Positions 61,760 to 64,000 of a stretch of DNA of 64,000 nt are shown here, one piece after another. The position numbers and the translations under genes were made by a program. Under the pieces are notes generated by a model that made no database searches, was not told where the DNA came from, and saw only the letters and a program-made list of their open reading frames with translations. Every line of letters starts with the position of its first letter. Position 1 is the first letter of the stretch. This stretch comes from Anthoceros angustus (taxonomy: Eukaryota; Plantae; Anthocerotophyta), in NCBI GenBank assembly GCA_010909165.1, contig VJWM01000007.1, positions 186,001 to 250,000 on the forward strand, given 5' to 3'.

Positions 61760-62997
61760 GCAACACATGTGAAAATCCGATTCGATTCACTACAATTTGA
61801 ATTCAGGACAACTATTCCTTGTAGGAGCAGGCGCTTTCGTATTTGTAATGTAATTTTCTCTCTGCCGTGCAATTTTACCCAAAGTAGCTCCTTTCATTTT
61901 GGAAAAATGTTATCGTCTTCCTTCTTTGACAAAAACTTTCAACTTTAGCTGTCGACTGATTTAGCTTCTTGAATGCTTTTGCTAAATTTCAAGGCTTTTT
62001 AAGAGACTTTGAACTTTCATCACTCCTAGTGTACTTTATAATCTTGTATATTACATTTCATTGTGTTGGGTGACGAGGTTACAAAAAACAAAGTTCCAAA
62101 AATCAATAATGTTCATATAAATCGCAGCCTACTCGCTGTTTCTCGATGACGGTTTATAGCATTGTTAAATTAAGTACAATTCAAAATAAGAGATGTATAA
62201 GCTTATAATATAGCAACTCCTGGTTTTGGACATGTTGATGCGAATGCTACTGAGAGAGGAGCAAGATGCGCTAAATATTCAATACCCCCATAGATAGCAT
62301 GGTCCGACCAAAACCACTTGAAAACTTAACTGAACTATAACTAGGCATCGTATTGGTGAATAAATGTATTCCTGAGCTTAATGCACAATAACTATTAAGA
62401 GATAGCTTGGGCATTTCTGAGAAAGAGCTAATGGCAATGCTATTACTCGAGAGAAAGAGAATAGGGTCAATAGTTCATTCCATTAGCCAATGCTCCTCCT
62501 CGAGAGAAAAAGAATCGGGTCAATAGTTCATTCACTAGATTGTATAGCGAATTTGATCTTGGGCTGAGAGATCGAACAAGTGCTCTTCGAACCATGCGAG
62601 ATATTCACCTATCATACGGTTCACCAACTCGAATTACCTAAATGAAACCCACCTATGACCATGTGCCGCGCTCTGAGTTCTTAAGCTCAAGGTAACAATG
62701 GTGGCATACAGCTAGAAAACGTCTCATTAGATCTTCAACAGGATGTGTGAGCATTAGACAAAATGCATGGCAGCACGTGAATAACAAGAAAATAGAACTT
62801 AGCTCTAGAGCCCTTATATATATAATATCTAGTGATACATAATAATTTGAAGGTCCCCGGACGCAAAATACCAACTTAGTGGTAGAATTCTTCTTTTTGT
62901 AATACATATTGTGAAATAGGTCGACGGTTTCCGAGACCGAATTGTCGCTATATATGTCTGTATACCCACACCCTACAAATACACAAGCCAGAAAGCT

Positions 62998-63006
62998 AAA
63001 CCCTAA
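62998..63006 (+). promoter_or_regulatory. Telo-box upstream of RPS17
   Basis: AAACCCTAA ~130 bp before the ATG, typical of plant ribosomal-protein promoters. Confidence 0.7.
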
Positions 63007-63133
63007 ACCTAGCGAGGTATTTGTGCAAGCCCCTTCCTTTGTTTCAGGTCTCTCCTGCCCCCGAAGCCCTTGACGTCGTGCTGCCCCGTCTTCTAGCGCA
63101 AGCGGAGCTGTCGGAGCTGCGAATTCTGTGACC

Positions 63134-63925
63134 ATGGTGAGTGCCCTTGCAGCGTCTTTGTGTGGGCTGGTTTGATGCGGTCGCGGACTGAGGGGTGCGT
63201 CTTGTCCAGGGGCGTGTAAGGACCAAGACGGTGAAGAAGGCCTCCAGGGTCATCATCGAGAGGTACTACTCTCGAATGACTCTGGACTTCCAGACGAACA
63301 AGAAGATTGCAGAGGAGGTCGGGATCATCCCGTCCAAGCGTCTTCGGAATAAGATTGCCGGATTCGCTACGGTAAGTGAGCCTGAGATTGGGTGCCGGAG
63401 GTGCCGCTAGGTTTCTGCATACCTAACCCAATCGTTTCTGTCGTCGCAGCACTTGATGAAGCGAATCCAGAGGGGTCCCGTGCGGGGTATCTCCTTGAAG
63501 CTCCAGGAGGAGGAGCGCGAGCGGCGGATGGACTTCGTTCCTGAGGAGTCAGCCATCAAGACCGACCTCATCGAGGTGAGTGATTGGCAGCCGAATCCCG
63601 GCAAAGGAGCAAAAAGGTTGCGTGCGATGTTGAGGTCGGGGTCATCTTTGAGCTCTGACGTGTTGAGCGTATTGTTGCAAGCAGGTCGACAAGGAAACCA
63701 TCGATCTGCTGGCCCATTTGGGCATGCCGGAACTACCCGGTGTCACCCAGCAGGTGCGGCCCTGAGCCTGGGCTCGTGTTTCCTTTGTCTTTGTACGTGC
63801 TGCTCGCGGTCGCTCATGGCGTGGTGCTGTTGCAGGCTTTACCTGCTGCTGGCCAGGGTTTCTTCAAGCCTCAGGGCGGGCAAGGGTTCCAGGGCGGGAA
63901 CTATCAAGGAAACCGCAGGAACTAG
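63134..63925 (+). CDS. RPS17: 40S ribosomal protein S17 (eS17); exons 63134-63136, 63210-63371, 63450-63575, 63685-63753, 63836-63925
   Basis: M|[20 protein letters not shown]...[11 protein letters not shown]...[18 protein letters not shown]. Confidence 0.98.
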
Positions 63926-64000
63926 GTTCACGATTCTGCAGCTACCCAAGCCGAGGCCATGGAAGCCAGACGCGAGGGGCTCGGGGTGACGGGAGTGAGA

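Noticed and set aside
63134-63136. ATG-only first coding exon of RPS17
   Set aside because: Real, but a common arrangement in ribosomal-protein genes.

Overview
Eukaryotic land-plant nuclear DNA. Short (~70-130 nt) GT-AG introns, GC-rich 5' exons and very tight gene packing suggest a compact non-seed-plant genome such as a hornwort or lycophyte (inference). The left ~36 kb is mostly transposon-derived. It holds a degenerate LTR element, a LINE fragment, a pogo-like DDE remnant, a Copia element with a second Copia nested in its integrase, a Gypsy fragment, a CACTA end and a MITE. One gene lies in this part, a DHHC S-acyltransferase. The right ~28 kb is a dense block of eight genes: a giant coiled-coil protein I cannot assign, PTF2/BRF2-like TFIIB factor, ATN1-like Raf kinase, a divergent Toc75-III paralogue, Gfo/Idh/MocA oxidoreductase, chloroplast aldo-keto reductase, UFC1 and RPS17. 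The best leads are: (1) an intact Toc75 paralogue that has lost the Omp85 VRGY loop-6 motif and starts only 187 bp after the upstream gene's stop codon; (2) extra sense ORFs upstream of gag in both Copia elements; (3) the orphan coiled-coil gene head-to-head with PTF2; (4) a tRNA-like fold just upstream of the aldo-keto reductase. Four tandem duplications have copies differing mainly by small indels, mostly in homopolymers, and look like long-read assembly artefacts. All family calls come from remembered motifs; no searches were run.
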